DNA of 62,712 nt, counting the filler, from Sphacelaria rigidula (taxonomy: Eukaryota), in assembly GCA_964200075.2 (NCBI GenBank). It is 11 parts of 11 records of this genome, joined end to end, with 100 filler letters (N's around TTAATTAATTAA, not from the genome) between each part and the next. Parts side by side here need not be neighbours in the genome. Positions count along the whole stretch, not along the records: positions 22,843 to 28,452 come from CAXNAA020025881.1; positions 28,553 to 34,162 come from CAXNAA020025882.1; positions 34,263 to 39,872 come from CAXNAA020025883.1; 8 more parts are not named here. One strand, given 5' to 3'. The position numbers were made by a program, and so were the translations under genes. Numbering within the stretch: the first letter of the stretch is position 1; every line of letters starts with the position of its first letter. Below are positions 22,980 to 36,264 of the stretch, one piece after another. The notes beneath the pieces are model-generated. The model ran no database searches and was not told where the DNA came from. It saw nothing but the letters and a program-made list of their open reading frames with translations.

Positions 22980-24807
22980 TAATGTGCCAAGACACGGCAT
23001 AAGATGTGACTTTATCAGAATTATTATGGGCCGACGAGAAGACGCGGCGGAATTGATTCAGTGCCAATTCACTCCCTTTCCGCAATATGAATCCGAGCGA
23101 ATGTGGAAGTGCACACGGAGAAAATCTAGTGGATGTTAGCAATCGACAACGAATAGCACATCCTCGCTGCAAGTTGTCCACATCGTGATCACCAGATACA
23201 CTGCGCCCAATGCAGCGCCCGATACCTCAGACGGTAGTTCTCACTCATTCATTGCATGTTGGGTTTTGTGTCAATCGGTCACTGTACAAACGCATTACTT
23301 CAGGCGGACGGTTTCCGCAAAAAATCGCGACAACGTTCACGCAGATGTCCTGTCCGCTGCTCGGCCGAAATGCCACCAACGCCACTGAAAAAAAATGCGT
23401 CGTACTACGCTGGACAGGACTGTGGCCACTGTACCTCTGAAGGTGTCAGGTGTCGAGGTTGAGGTTTTCAACATTGTAGGTAGGTGCCGTTGCTTGTGTC
23501 TGGATGTCAAATGTCGACCATACGTCTCGATCGGTGGCATATTTACAACCGTTGATTTGAGTGCCATACGCTTGGTATCACAGTTTCTTGGGCTGCATTT
23601 TCGGTAGGAAGTGCCGAAACGGGAAGAATGAAGTCAAGGGTAGGAACAAGAGAAAAAGTTGACCTGGACCTATCAGATCGGAATTTCAATCCATCGTTCA
23701 CTCTCGCTAGCTAAAAAGTGGGATGAGACACGCCGAAACCCTCTGCTGCTTCACAGGCCGCAAGGTACACCTTTTTCAGGTCGCGGATCCCGGCAATATG
23801 TTACATGCGTTAACAACCGTGCAGTTCGTGCCGTCTTCTTTGTACCCGTATGCATCGGTTAGAAAGCAGTTCCCCGCTACAAACGACTCCAACATGGGAC
23901 CTACAACAAGAAACAAGTGAGGCACTGTACAGAAACAGCACTAAATATGATAATACGAGTATGCATCAACAAATGACCTGTGGACGACAGTATCTAGTGA
24001 ATCGCAAGCCCCATCTTTCAAAACTGCTGCACATACAAGTAGACCCTGCCCCCTCCGAACCCCCTGCCCCTGCCCCCGCTCCCCCCTCCCTTTCTGTGGA
24101 ACTCGCAATCAAGCAAGTCTCTAGACACGTGCGATTTCGCGACTCAAGAGGTGGGGGGAATGCCAGGGGGTAAGCACCGGCGAACGACCGATCCGGGACA
24201 AAATATGCGTGCACCGAAAAAACGGCCATATATATGTCATGTATACTTCATCGTTTGCCCGCGAGGGTAGGCCATCTGAGCCGTGCTGTCATTGTTCAAG
24301 TGAAATTGATGCCGATTCAACAGATGGCCTACACCAGCGGTCGAAGGGTAAAGAGACCGTGTTCACGATATTTACCACGGTTGACCGTCCTGAGGTTTGG
24401 GTCTCTTTCTCGTAAAGGCTAGGTCACGCGCTTCCAAGATAATCCCCACTCACCATAACATGAGCATAGTGCTCTGACTTGATGACGCCCGGGCATCTGA
24501 ATTGGGCCCAAAACAACTACAGATAGCACCATACTTGTACGGTAAAGAAGTCTGGTGGGTGATTCGCCCTCTTCGTGATATCAGAGATGTTGTCACCGGG
24601 AAGGTCTCCCCGTTGCCAACGCCTGTCCAATACCGTACTCAAAATCCTGTTTTTCATGCGTTTTTTTGATCATCTTGCTACAGACAGTTGTACGAGAGGC
24701 GAAACGTCGTAGGACCAAAATATGAAAACATAGCACAGCGAAAAAAATGCTACATAGTAATTGCCGTCTCCCAAAGATGGGCCCAGCGGACCACAGAGGG
24801 AATATAC

Positions 24808-24907
24808 CTGGACGAGGGCCCGGGTGCTTCGCTCTTGGGTACCGCGCGCTTGACATCCACAATTTTGCCGTCAATCTTGTGCTCCTGAGCCAAAATCTCG
24901 TCCAGGA
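24808..24907 (-). CDS. Exon 3 of the RRM protein (end of RRM1)
   Basis: TTTTGTCAG| ... |GTATAT, phase 1/2; (V)LDEILAQEHKIDGKIVDVKRAVPKSEAPGPSS. The HxIDGKxVDxKRAVP motif is typical of this subfamily. Confidence 0.92.
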
Positions 24908-25250
24908 CTGACAAAAACATGTCGCAAAATAATAGACGTTGTGAAAATGAACGAAACGGACACAGATGAACGCGCGAAACAGATCAAAAGATTGAAGCAA
25001 ACCCGACAGCAGTCCCTCCCTCTTCCTTCCCCCCCCCCCCCGCCCCGCGCGCGCCTTCGTCATCAAAAACAAGTGAGGACATCGGCGCCTGCAAGCCGAT
25101 CGTTCTGCAATGCTTGCTAGTCGGGCAGTATGCGGGGCACGCGAGCTACCTTCTCGCGTGCCCTTCAAACGCGGAGTACAGGGTGACAAGCTGAACGTTG
25201 AAATGTAACAACGACCAGGAGTAGCAACAGGTGTACAACATCCAACTCAC

Positions 25251-25357
25251 CGGATAGATCCTCAAACTTGATAAACCCAAACCCTCTTGGATGGCCTGTA
25301 TACTTATCCTTCATAAGAGCGATGTCCACCAGCGTCCCAAACTTCCCGAAGTGATGC
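25251..25357 (-). CDS. Exon 2 of the RRM protein (RNP1); absent from the ORF track
   Basis: TACAG| ... |GTGAGT, phase 2/1; (R)HHFGKFGTLVDIALMKDKYTGHPRGFGFIKFEDLS contains RNP1 RGFGFIKF. Confidence 0.93.
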
Positions 25358-25649
25358 CTGTAGGCGAGAGGTGGAGCGCGTTGCGGTCAAGAACACTGCG
25401 TCAATGGGCAAAATATCGGAGACGCTGGGTGGACCACATCAAAGCAAAGAGAAGACGGAGACAGCGGTTGACTCTGATGGAACATTACAGACAGTTCAGT
25501 GAACTTTCGGCACACATGTTTGAGCATCATTTAAAAAGCATCAATGTGCGTGGCTTGCGCACGAATAAATGCATGAGCCTCGTTTCAACACGCATGTATG
25601 CTCTGCTACGACTGCAAACAACCGCACCCAACAACAAACACATGCATAC

Positions 25650-26005
25650 CTTAGGCCCTCCTCCGTTGTCTGCCATGATATTCCGCCGATAAATAGCTTC
25701 CCCTCCACGTCGTTATCCTTGTCGTGCTGCCCAGTCATCGATCCACCGCCGCCAGCGGGACCAGCACCCGGAGCGCCTCCACGCAGCGGGTCCATTTGCG
25801 TTCCTTCCTGTGTGAAGATAGGAGTCGTGTTGTCATCCTGCTCTGTCGTCGAGAACCCCGATGCGTAAGCGGGACAGGACGTGGCACCTACGCCAGCACT
25901 GATAGCGGCTACTCCGCCTGCCTCCGGGGTGGGATCCCCTCTTATATTCAATCTGTCCACGCATCCCGCCAACCGTTGCACATTCATGCCGTACTGAGAT
26001 TCCAT
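25650..26005 (-). CDS. First coding exon of a Musashi/DAZAP1/hnRNP A/B-type RRM RNA-binding protein
   Basis: ATG at 26005; a low-complexity N-terminus, then GKLFIGGISWQTTEEGL (RNP2); donor AG|GTATGC, phase 2. Confidence 0.88.
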
Positions 26006-26107
26006 CAATTTCTCTCGTTTGATGTAAAATCCACCAACAAGAGCGCAGCAGAGCGCAGCAGAGCGCCCCACCACGGCGCCACAGAGGACAGCTTAGCCAA
26101 ACCCGCC

Positions 26108-26109
<2 letters not shown>

Positions 26110-26139
<30 letters not shown>
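26110..26139. repeat. (AC)n microsatellite upstream of the RRM gene
   Basis: Read directly from sequence. Confidence 0.9.
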
Positions 26140-26141
<2 letters not shown>

Positions 26142-27261
26142 TCAAACACAACCAGTGTGCTCGATTACGGAGAGACTTGTTGGGGAGGAAGGGGGACGCA
26201 GATATGGTGCCTGGGTGCCTGTCGGTAGTGGGCAATGAAAAGATGAACGGACGTGCACCGCGCACAGGTGGCCGTCATTCAAAAACCGCGAAACACACGC
26301 CATGACACAAAATCCACACTCACTTGGGTTGATCAGTTTCGCTGCTCAATTTGTTTACTTCTGGTTGGCGAGACTTTGCCAAACTGGCAGCGCCCTCGTA
26401 TGTATTCCTGGTGACGAGAGAGGGAGACACCAATATTTTCGTGCCGACTCAGCGACAACACGAAGGGATGGTTGATGTTCGCGGTTGAAGCCCTTCCTTC
26501 ATTCACGTGTGTGTGGAGGCGAGGATGAGAGATAGTCGCACTGGTGCAAGCCTACCCTCTGTATTTTGTAGATGTGCCCCCGCGGGCTTTTCCTGGCACC
26601 TTGTCACGTGGAAGTGGTTGTTGTAAAGAAATGACACAGGACACGCAGCATCGGCTGGCCGGGTCTCTAAGCCATAAACATCTACAAAACAATTCTCCAG
26701 CGTTTTTTTTTTGTAGAGCCTGTACTAACGTTTTGGTGTACGTAAGTACCGACCAGTTAGGTTTGAAACCTGAAACCTGCATTTTTTTTATGTTCTGAAT
26801 CCTACACCCCTTCCCCCGGCACCATCTGCATACGGTAAGCGAACACCTGCGTGAGCATCGGAGCGAAACACTCACCCAATCTTCTCGTGCATCCCCCCCA
26901 CCCCCCCTTCCCGCCCCCGCCCCGTCCCCCAGTACTTACTTGTCCCTGGAATAATAAAGCTCATCAATAGAATCATCCATCGATGTGCAACTTGACGGGT
27001 TGACCCGTGCCGGAATAAGCAACATCATATATATATATATTATATATATGAGGGCAAAGCCTGTCCACATGCAACGCGCACTTCGAACACCGCGAGCACC
27101 TGGGACTATCAGCCCCCGATAAAAAGATCCGAATCCCATTATCTAGACTATGTTGGAATGAAATACACCTCAACCATGAATGCTTGAAGAAGACACAATT
27201 AGATCGAGAATGGCGAACAACCAAGGCGTGGCGACCACTGTACGTTCCCTTTCGCATTCAG

Positions 27262-27790
27262 CCCCTGTCTTATCGATTTTTTTCCGACTCGAAAACATGC
27301 GGCCGAAACGAACTGCTCATGACGAGGCCGAATCTCATACGTCCACGGCATTCATGTTCCTAGATGGCTTCAAGTCTATTTTATGATTAGTTGCGCGCGA
27401 CGGCCAGGGTAAAAACAGGCCGTGTCTTATCACTTTGTTTTCGACTCGAAAACATACTGTGGAATCGAATTTGCTCGTGCCTGATACGTCCACGGCATTC
27501 ATGTTGTCAACCATCTGAGAAAATGAACAGCGTCAACGAATCAGAAACGAGCGAATTCGATTCCACCGTACATTTTCGAGTCGAAAACAATTTGATAAGA
27601 CAGCGCCACAGGCCGTGACAGGTGACAGGCCGTCTCTTACCAATTTTTTCCCGACTCGAAAACATGCGGTCGAATCGAACTGGTCGTTACGAGGCTGATT
27701 GTGATACGTCCACGATATTTATGTTCCTGCATACATGGCTTCAAGTTCATTTAATAATCAGTTGCATGCGACGGGCAGGGTCAATAAACA
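27262..27790. repeat. Cluster of direct and inverted copies of a ~160-bp module
   Basis: CGACTCGAAAACAT...ATACGTCCACG..ATT.ATGTT at ~27285, ~27442 and ~27652; inverted ATTTTCGAGTCGAAAACAA at ~27572. Confidence 0.75.
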
Positions 27791-29280
27791 GAATTGCTTA
27801 GCTTTTTCGAGCGAAACGAGCGGCGGAATGAACGAAGCGGCACGTAACTCCTGTGTTTCAGGCAACCGTGTCAGATACTACCTTTTCGGTACACAAAACC
27901 CAAATGGTTCATTCGCACCTACCTACTCAACCTTGCGGCGCAGATCACGAACTGAACGCAGGCATGAATACACTGCAGTGAGGGATAGAAACTGACATCA
28001 CCACGGTTTTGCCATGATGTGTTCCTTTTTCTTGGCGAAAACGTCGGCATCTAATTTTGTGGCAGGGTCCACCGACGGAGTTGCGTGTCGGGGTGGGCGA
28101 TCAAATTGCCAACGCGCTCATCATGGGCAGTAGAGGCGGTGAAAAACTGCACATGGTTCAAATCTGCCTCGTATCTTCCTGTACACAGAGAGTCAGGAAG
28201 CTGTGCTGTCTGTCAAATCTGCTGCATGTCGCGTTTCCCGCTTCTCTTCCACCTCGCGGCTGCATACTGCGCGAAACACACAAACTACTTACACAAAATA
28301 ACAGTAGTACAGGCCGCCACTGTTGTTTGTAGAGTCTGTATGTTTGCTCTGTACTGTATATAGGTAGAGAAGTAAATATGTTGCAGACAATCCTGCCAGA
28401 TACTACGAGCTGGGCCAGCCCAGAAACGGATTTAACCTGGCAGAGCAATATCNNNNNNNNNNNNNNNNNNNNNNNNNNNNNNNNNNNNNNNNNNNNTTAA
28501 TTAATTAANNNNNNNNNNNNNNNNNNNNNNNNNNNNNNNNNNNNNNNNNNNNTCTGCGTGCATTGATTCATTCACGTGAAGATTGCTCACACATTTTGTC
28601 ATTTTTCACTATCACCGGTGCTTCAGTCTCAAGGGAGACAATACTTTGTCAGCGACCAACGACAATGAAGTATTGACCAAAAGGCGAGAGACTGGCTTGT
28701 GCACAATCCAGCACTCCTAGAAAGCAACACGCTGTCATTTCACGTGTTTGATACCGCAACATCATCGAGGACTCTTCCTTACAACTGTTCTTAGATACGA
28801 GTTCAGCGGGAACTGGTCATCTCAGATCACTTTGCTTCTATTCTCTAACCTCTATATTCCTCAGGTTGCATGGGAATTTCTTGATAATGAAGCTGCCTTT
28901 TAAGCTTGAAACACAAAAGGTGGGACACAAGGTGGGAACAGGTGCTCGGGGAAAAACGAACAAAGAGAGGCGAATTTCAGAACAGTACGAACGATGTATT
29001 TTCAAACGAATTTCACCGTAAAAATCGACTTCAACTCGGAAGGGTGCCGGATCCCCCAGAATGAAAACTTCACACATGGTTGGCCTTTTGATCATGAATA
29101 GTTTGTGATTTTGACCATAGAAGAAACCGTAAACAACAAGCGAAACATACGTTGGTGAATCGGCGTACATCGGCTCAAATGGACTGCTTCGTGGTTTAAG
29201 GGTTGAAAAACACTACAATCACGCAACAATACCATATCGATGCCTCCCCGCATGCCTGTCTCATGTCGCGTGAAACGCAA

Positions 29281-29598
29281 GGGGGGGGAGGGGAGGGGGG
29301 TATACTCATGATCTTGCATGTCATAGTCATAAGACCATTGACCTCGCATCCCTACAAAGCGGGGATGGAGGACGCCGGGTTCTCGCCGGACCAGGCTCGC
29401 AATCAATCACCAAACACGAAGGACCGTGATGTGTTCGGCGAGTTTCATGACGGGTGAGCGGTATCCTGCAAGCATAGCTCGGCCCGATGCAGACTGAGTA
29501 TTTTGCATATGGATGACAGCCCACAATGAGTTGCTTCATTTTCTGGTATCGCCACTTCCAGAGACAGCCACCGGATACGCACTGCCTCATGGGTGTCT
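29281..29598 (-). mobile_element. Longest family A copy (C-rich tail)
   Basis: G-run, then GTATACTCATGATCTTGCATGTCATAGTCATAAGACCATTGACCTCGCATCCCTAC..., shared with copies at 2282, 5712, 22664, 45683 and 51225. Confidence 0.8.
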
Positions 29599-30727
29599 CA
29601 CCATATAAACACTACGTGATACGAGCAACCCTTTGCGCGAAGTTTGACTTCTCCACCTCACACAACATGATCTACAAAAGTTCGACCACCCTGACGGCTA
29701 CCGCAAACAAATGCGAGCGAAAAAACACACGGCGACCTGGTTGCCTAGCTTACGCAGAGAGCGGCGTGTTTAACAGCGTCGTTGCCAACCGATGCCAACC
29801 CTCAGAGGGGAAACGCGGGAGAGGGGGGGGGAATAGTATGTATATGCACAGTCAGCGCACTACTCGAGGAGGTAAATGGGGCCATTTACCACACACAAGG
29901 GCTCACCTCGCATTGAACCAACGCTGGGCTTGTTGTTGCAGCCAGCAGCTTGGCACCTCTTCGGGGTGATCTCTGCGGGTTAGTATGAGGTCAGATTAAC
30001 CCGCACGGGCTTAATAAGGGTGCGTTAAACATCACGAACCACATATGATAGTAACGCTCCCTTTCTCCCAAGATACCGTCGGACATGGGGCATCACAAAT
30101 CCTACTATGGTCATTCTCAACATTTGACATCCCAAACTCCAGCAGTGCCGGCTCGAACGAACCATGTCGTTAGCCGTCCCGGCGGGTCACTTTCACAGGT
30201 AGCTTTTGTGCGTTAGTTGTGCTTGGTACTGGATGGCCAGACCATATATGATTTTAGCACTACTGCAACATACTCAGAATTGTAACATCAGAATAAAGCA
30301 CATCAATTTGACTCCCCATCTAGCTGCCCCGTGTTCGCGTCGCCTGTAGTTTGGCACGCTAAGAAGGCCAGCGAATCTACCGACGGAGCGCAGAGGAGAT
30401 CGCGTCTTTTTCAGAACCTCGCGAAACATCGGTTGCTATTCACGGCGGAGTCGTGCATACGTAATGTCAAGGGTGGTTGGAGTGCGTGAAACATCCACTC
30501 AAGCTCTTCTACCGAGTACATCGCAGATCGTCACTCACAACGCGCACATCAGAGTGGCATCGGTAGCCACTGCAGCGTATTCATCATCCGAGCGTCTCAC
30601 ACGAGCTTGCCCCTCTAGATACCCCTTCGTAGACCCTACTACTTGACTAAATCTCGAGCGAACTCAAGTAAATATGCTTACGTGGCGATGCTTCGTCGAC
30701 AGAAACACCGCGACACTCTTCACCTGG

Positions 30728-30812
30728 TGTAGGTGATTTGCCGACCGATGTAGGTGCTTTGCCAATCGATGTAGGTGCTTTGCCGACGGACGGTGACGAT
30801 TTGCCGACGGAT
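30728..30812. repeat. Four copies of a 21-bp minisatellite
   Basis: TGTAGGTG(A/C)TTTGCC(GAC/AAT)(C/G)GA units; the last unit is diverged. Confidence 0.8.
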
Positions 30813-33321
30813 GGTGGTGGTGAGGTATCAATCTTGGTGACATTGCTGACAACATAGGAGATGTCATCACTTTCTTTTGTTTTAGTACCCCGCCTCCCTT
30901 CTGCGGCACTTGCTCTTCTTTTTGTCGCGAGAAGGGTTAGCGGTCGTTTTCTCTCGTCGACCGTTAAGTCGAACTTTGTGTACCCACGACATAATCGCTC
31001 TCCCCTGTTAGAGAGACATCATGTGAGATACACTCCCAGATCGTGCGAATACATCGAGATTTGAACACGCGTCCCAACCGTCAGAGGGTTTCGAGGTTGC
31101 CAACTGAGCGTCTTCTTTTACCCCGAAATCGATGAACAAGGTGCTTTCCCACATACCACTTTGGGCGAACGGAACACGTGAAGCACCCAAAAGTAGTTTC
31201 AGGGAGGTCGGGGGACATGAGGTCGTCCTTGTGAAAGACAATTTTCATGACTTTAGAATCAGAGAAAGCACTGTTTTGGAGTTGAAGCTCGTTTTATGCT
31301 TCGACCTCATTTCGAAGATATTCTCATACTAGGTGCAAGGCTCAAAACAGTGCCAAACATTGTGACAAATATCTCCTCATGGCTTCGGCTGCCCAAACCC
31401 TGGCTGTGCACCATTTGTGGTGCGATCGTTAGCAAGTCACGTCTGTTCGTTTCGTCTCTTCAACCTCAAGGACGGTGTGCTTCACTCTCGCATTTATTGG
31501 GTTAGTTCAACGCTAGTGACCCCCCTTGGAGTGCCGACATGCGCAAATTGACGGCGTGGACCACACGCACCTCGTGGCACGCAGAGTGTTTCCCACTCAA
31601 TAACGGCATGTCTCCAGTCATTTGCCTCCAACATGTCGCGGGAAGTTGGACCAAAGTACCACACTGCACACCTCGCACGACTTGATATACTTCGTATGAA
31701 ACAGATGCATTGCTCACCATCTTGAGTTGACACGAGCAGCTGTCCTTTGCGAGTGGTGAACATGCCGGCCTTCTTGTGATCCCTGCACAGGGTTGCCGGT
31801 CCGTTCTCTGGGCCATACTTGGCAGTACGAGAGCACCCGTTGTACTACCCGCGAAGAGAACCATATGCCACGTATTTCCGGATACAAAGACGAGGAGAAA
31901 ATTCCGTCAATTTTACCGTGGTTGAAGAAGCAAGGAAAAAAAAACACATACGTGCTCGGGCCGCTTCGATCATGGTATTCGAGCACTATCGTGATAAGCT
32001 GGCGATGTATCGGTTGAGAATTGGTTCGCAGGTATAACCCTGAAAGTCAACTTCGCAGTATATCGGTTATCAACGGGCTGACGTAGGCACGAATCCTAAA
32101 CAAGGACGAGTGTGATGAAAACAGCCATCGATCTGACGCCATGAAATCAGAGGTGTTCTACAAATACGGGGTTCCCCCCCTTTTTTGCTGAGCGAGGCGC
32201 ACGAAGCTTACTGCAGCAAGCGACGCACAAGACGCTGACGACAGGAATACATGCTGTACCTGTTTACTGCCAGCTAAATCTCTGCGTTTTTTCTTGCCGT
32301 GACCTGTAAGCTTGATTCATCGTGTACTCGTGCCTTGAGACCGGCTGTTGGCTCATTTACACGACAAATAGAGTCAAAACGTTTCAGAAAGTGAGCCAAG
32401 ACGCCGTCGTTCGCACAGTGACCTGGGCTGCTCCACCGTGTGGGACGTGCATGCTGTGACAAGAAGCATGTGTGCAATTTACGGCGAAATAGGAGCTTGA
32501 TGGTGCTGGAACGAGAACTCAGCGGCTGCCACGTGAGATGGCCGAAACTGCAATGACGGACGCACTCTGTCCTTCGACTCCGTCAACCCACTACCGCTAA
32601 ACATTACGGCTCGTATTTGTCGCACAATACTGCACTCTCGGGAGGCTAAATCGACACAAGTCGTGTGGGAGTGCCTCCTTCGGCAATGGTGCGCATCGTG
32701 GACAAGCTTGGCCGCAGATTTGATACTGTATTCTGCATTCCGAAGGGCGAGTAGCTACATGTGTTATATTCATTTGAATGGCCTCAGTTCTCGAGTATTC
32801 ACCATGGCCACGTGTATAACGCGTTATGGAGGAGACTTGACCATTGACCCGTCATCCGCATGGCAATCATAGCAGCCAGGGTGGTCGGGCTACCTTGTCA
32901 CCTCTTACCTCGCAATACTTGTTCCTGGTGTGACTCGTCTCTAACGCGTTGAAATCACCGGAAACCCCGTTAGTTGTCGCTCCGTCTTCTGAACCATGGC
33001 TGTTGAGTGTCGTACTATCCGCCCTGTGCAAAACGGAAAATTCGGATCAATCCATGTCAGCACTGGTATTGTGCAAAGCATATTTTGGATGGCGCATGGC
33101 GATGTCTACAACTGAGGAGCACTGTGACAACGCGCAGCTCACGATTTCATTTCCTGCAACGTACAAGGCGCGTTTTTCTTGAACACTGTTTCCGGGGTTC
33201 TCTTCTTCTTTGCTGTGACAGTTGCGCTAGACGAGAACGGGGCGCGTAGATCTAAATCCGGGCGATTGGCTTATTTGATCAAGCAATCAGTCCTCGGCAC
33301 AAAAGAGACCCCTAGAACTCA

Positions 33322-33455
33322 CACCCTGGACAAAAGATGCTGTTGTCAAAACATGTACTGCGTACAGTATAGAATCTATTGTCTATTGCAATAGGCGCAA
33401 TAGTCGATACAGTACGCAGTACACTTTTTGCATGTGTATCCTGTTGTCCAGGGGT
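33322..33455. mobile_element. ~135-bp palindromic MITE (CCCTGGACAA termini)
   Basis: CACCCTGGACAA...TGTACTGCGTACAGTAT is mirrored by ATACAGTACGCAGTACA...TTGTCCAGGGG. Confidence 0.75.
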
Positions 33456-35371
33456 ATGCTAAAACTACGGAGAAAAAACCAAGCCGAAAACTCTTGGTGG
33501 ATGAGGCACAGGCGAACGCAGTCAACCGATGCGGGTGTGTTTCATGCAGCTCAATTTGTGTGTACGGAAAACTAAGTCGTAGAGGAATATATAACACGTT
33601 GTTCCAAAGCTCGGTTTCTTTGGCATCAGATCACGCATGGGATTGTATGCCCTCCCCATGATGCTCATATTCACCGTGCGCCTACAAAATAAACTGTTGC
33701 GATCAAGTCTTTTTAAGGTAAGACTATGCAAGACATCGCCTGTATACATGCGGTGGTCATCAACCACCATGTGCCTGCGATGGTATCTTGATAGTTAATC
33801 GTTCATATCGTACACACACTCCACGTGTTGTGGTATCTCTAGAGTGAGTACTACCGCGCTGTGTCCCCAGTGCCAGTGGGCATGGGCTCCGCCCCAGACC
33901 GTCTGCGCCGGTCGGATACGTCTGCGGTGAGCGCAGCACGCGTGACCCGTGCGTTTGCTGTCATGAGGTATCCCAGTTTGCAAGAGAGGCAGTTGTGGGT
34001 GCTACTGGTCGCAGTTCACCCTGTTTTTTCTTTTTCTTCATACCTCCCCTTTGTCGAGTTTCCTTCAGCGAATATTTCCGATTATCACCTTGGGTACGAC
34101 CGTCCATCTTCCTACATCTGGCTTCATAGCGGATCGGTTAATGTTAACGTGAGACAATCAATNNNNNNNNNNNNNNNNNNNNNNNNNNNNNNNNNNNNNN
34201 NNNNNNTTAATTAATTAANNNNNNNNNNNNNNNNNNNNNNNNNNNNNNNNNNNNNNNNNNNNGGAAAGGCGAGCCTACGTCTGTGACCACGGGTTCGCGA
34301 GATCGGACTAATGTGCAGAAATAATAACAATATTAATTAAACAGGGGGGGGGGGGGAGGGGTACTCATTTGTTGCTTGCTTCAGTCATCTGACCATTGAC
34401 CACGCATGCCCTTCGAGACGGAGCATTGTTCCGACTCCTAATAGAGCCACCTTCAAAATTTCGGTGCTCATTTCGTTTATTCCATAGATTACACGAAATA
34501 TTTTACACATCTTATTCCCGTCCTGTCTCGCCGTCTGTGGCTACCATCTATCTCCTAGTACGGCAATCGTTTTCTCCATACTGTCCAATGAATCAAGCGA
34601 ATTCATGCCACCTTCGTTTACTTCCCACATTTCCCCCTGTAACACGTTCCGTTGCTCTTTGTACAGTTCATATTTTGTCATACGAGTTCTACTCTCCATT
34701 ACTCTGCCACAGGGGCAATAATTCTGAGCATCTACTTCCTCCTCCATTCGACAACTGGTATACTTCTTTCTTCTTTCCGGCAGGTCCAGATCACGCACCC
34801 GAAATCGCAGTATCACCTTTTTTCGCGGAGTCCATTAGGCCATGTAGATATGTTTTCATCCCTACCCCCTCTCTCAACCTGCCGTACATTTTCAGGTGCT
34901 CTTCCTCGTCTACTTTCCGTCTTAGCGCTTCGTTTTCCCTTTTTTCTATCGTGTCTATTACTTCAGTCTTGTGCTCCGCACCTTTACCTATGGGCATTAT
35001 CTCGTCGTGGTTTCCTCGTGTGTCCTTCCGTACTTTCCCCCGACTACACTATCCCATCTTATTTCAACCTGCACTTTCGTCATTTTTCCCATAGGGCCTT
35101 ATCAACCATGACTGGCAATCTCTTTCTTGGCATGCGCCTTGCGCTATGCTGTCGCTTCAATTTTCTCAGGTCTAACTGTTTGAATTGAGTGCATTCCAAA
35201 TTCTGGTCTAGATGCTGTATTACTCGTCCTTTTCGAGCACCCAAGTATTTTCTCAGCTGCTGTCATATCTGCTGTTTTCAGCCTCTTCGCCAACTTCGCG
35301 TTCCCCTACCATATACTTATCCTTCATATTTCAGCTTTAGTACAATCACGTTCATCAGGATACGTACATTA

Positions 35372-35899
35372 CTGGGCGCCTAAACTATTCGTTTTGTAAT
35401 TTCTTCGTAATTGGCGACTTTCTTGAGATCTTTCGCTTGCCACCGCTCATCACAGTGGGGATCTGAAGATACTTGTATCCGCTTCACATTCCAAGAAAAA
35501 AAAACATCTGTACTCAATATTGAGTGACTTACGGGCTGACCGGTCATCGGGAGTCCCGACAAGTTTCAGCCCATATTCTGACTCTTCGGTATTTTCGGTC
35601 GATCGAGCCTGTCCTGATCATATTTGTGAAGAGATGTGCAGTTTTTTTTCTTCAACTCTACCCACTCAATGCACTAGAGCCGAAAAACTGTGTCTCACGG
35701 TCAATAACACCCTCCTGATAAACGGGGTATCCACTCGTATCGCCCGATCAAACCAACTAACACTAACTTGGGCACTGGGGGGGGGGAAAGGAGATATGTT
35801 GATTTCACCAAAATCTACCGACGTTAGCACTTTCAAGTCTTATCGAAGAGTAGTCGAGAGGAAAAACCCTTCTGAACAAAAAATAATTCAGACGTTCAG
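35372..35899. mobile_element. 528-bp TA-flanked MITE inserted in LINE ORF2
   Basis: TA|CTGGGCGCCTAAACTATT ... AATAATTCAGACGTTCAG|TA (degenerate TIRs). LINE peptide ILREAYLD lies on one side and RILMNVIVLKL on the other. Confidence 0.75.
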
Positions 35900-36264
35900 T
35901 ATCTAGGTACGCTTCTCGTAGAATCGCGTCAATCTTGCCTATCTGCGCCTTAGCCTTTTCTATTGCTGTATTTATGTGTGCATCCTAAGAACATTTTTTA
36001 TACCTCTACGCCAAGCAAGGTACGCATATTGGTCGACGATCGGCAGTTCCTTTTCTCGCCACTCCCATTTGGACTCTACCGGTTTTTCCTTATCCTCGTC
36101 ACATACAACTACCGTGCATTTGTTCAGGCCCGCTGTCACTTTCTGTTTCCTAGTGTATTATAGGGCCTTCTCTATTTGTTTCTGCAAGCCTTCCGGTCTT
36201 TCTGATATCCCCATGAAATCATCCGTGAACATCAATCCCGATACCGTATCTTCCCCCACCTTGA

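Noticed and set aside
22843..24807. Expected second RRM exon of the Musashi-like gene
   Set aside because: I found no KIFVGGL-like exon by eye; it probably lies beyond the contig end.
25724..26305. 193-aa plus-strand ORF
   Set aside because: It is antisense to the RRM exon 1 and runs through (AC)n.
34396..35094. 232-aa plus-strand ORF (also 37527-38225 and 34652-35188)
   Set aside because: These are Phe/Ser/Leu/Pro-rich antisense shadows of the purine-rich LINE on the minus strand.
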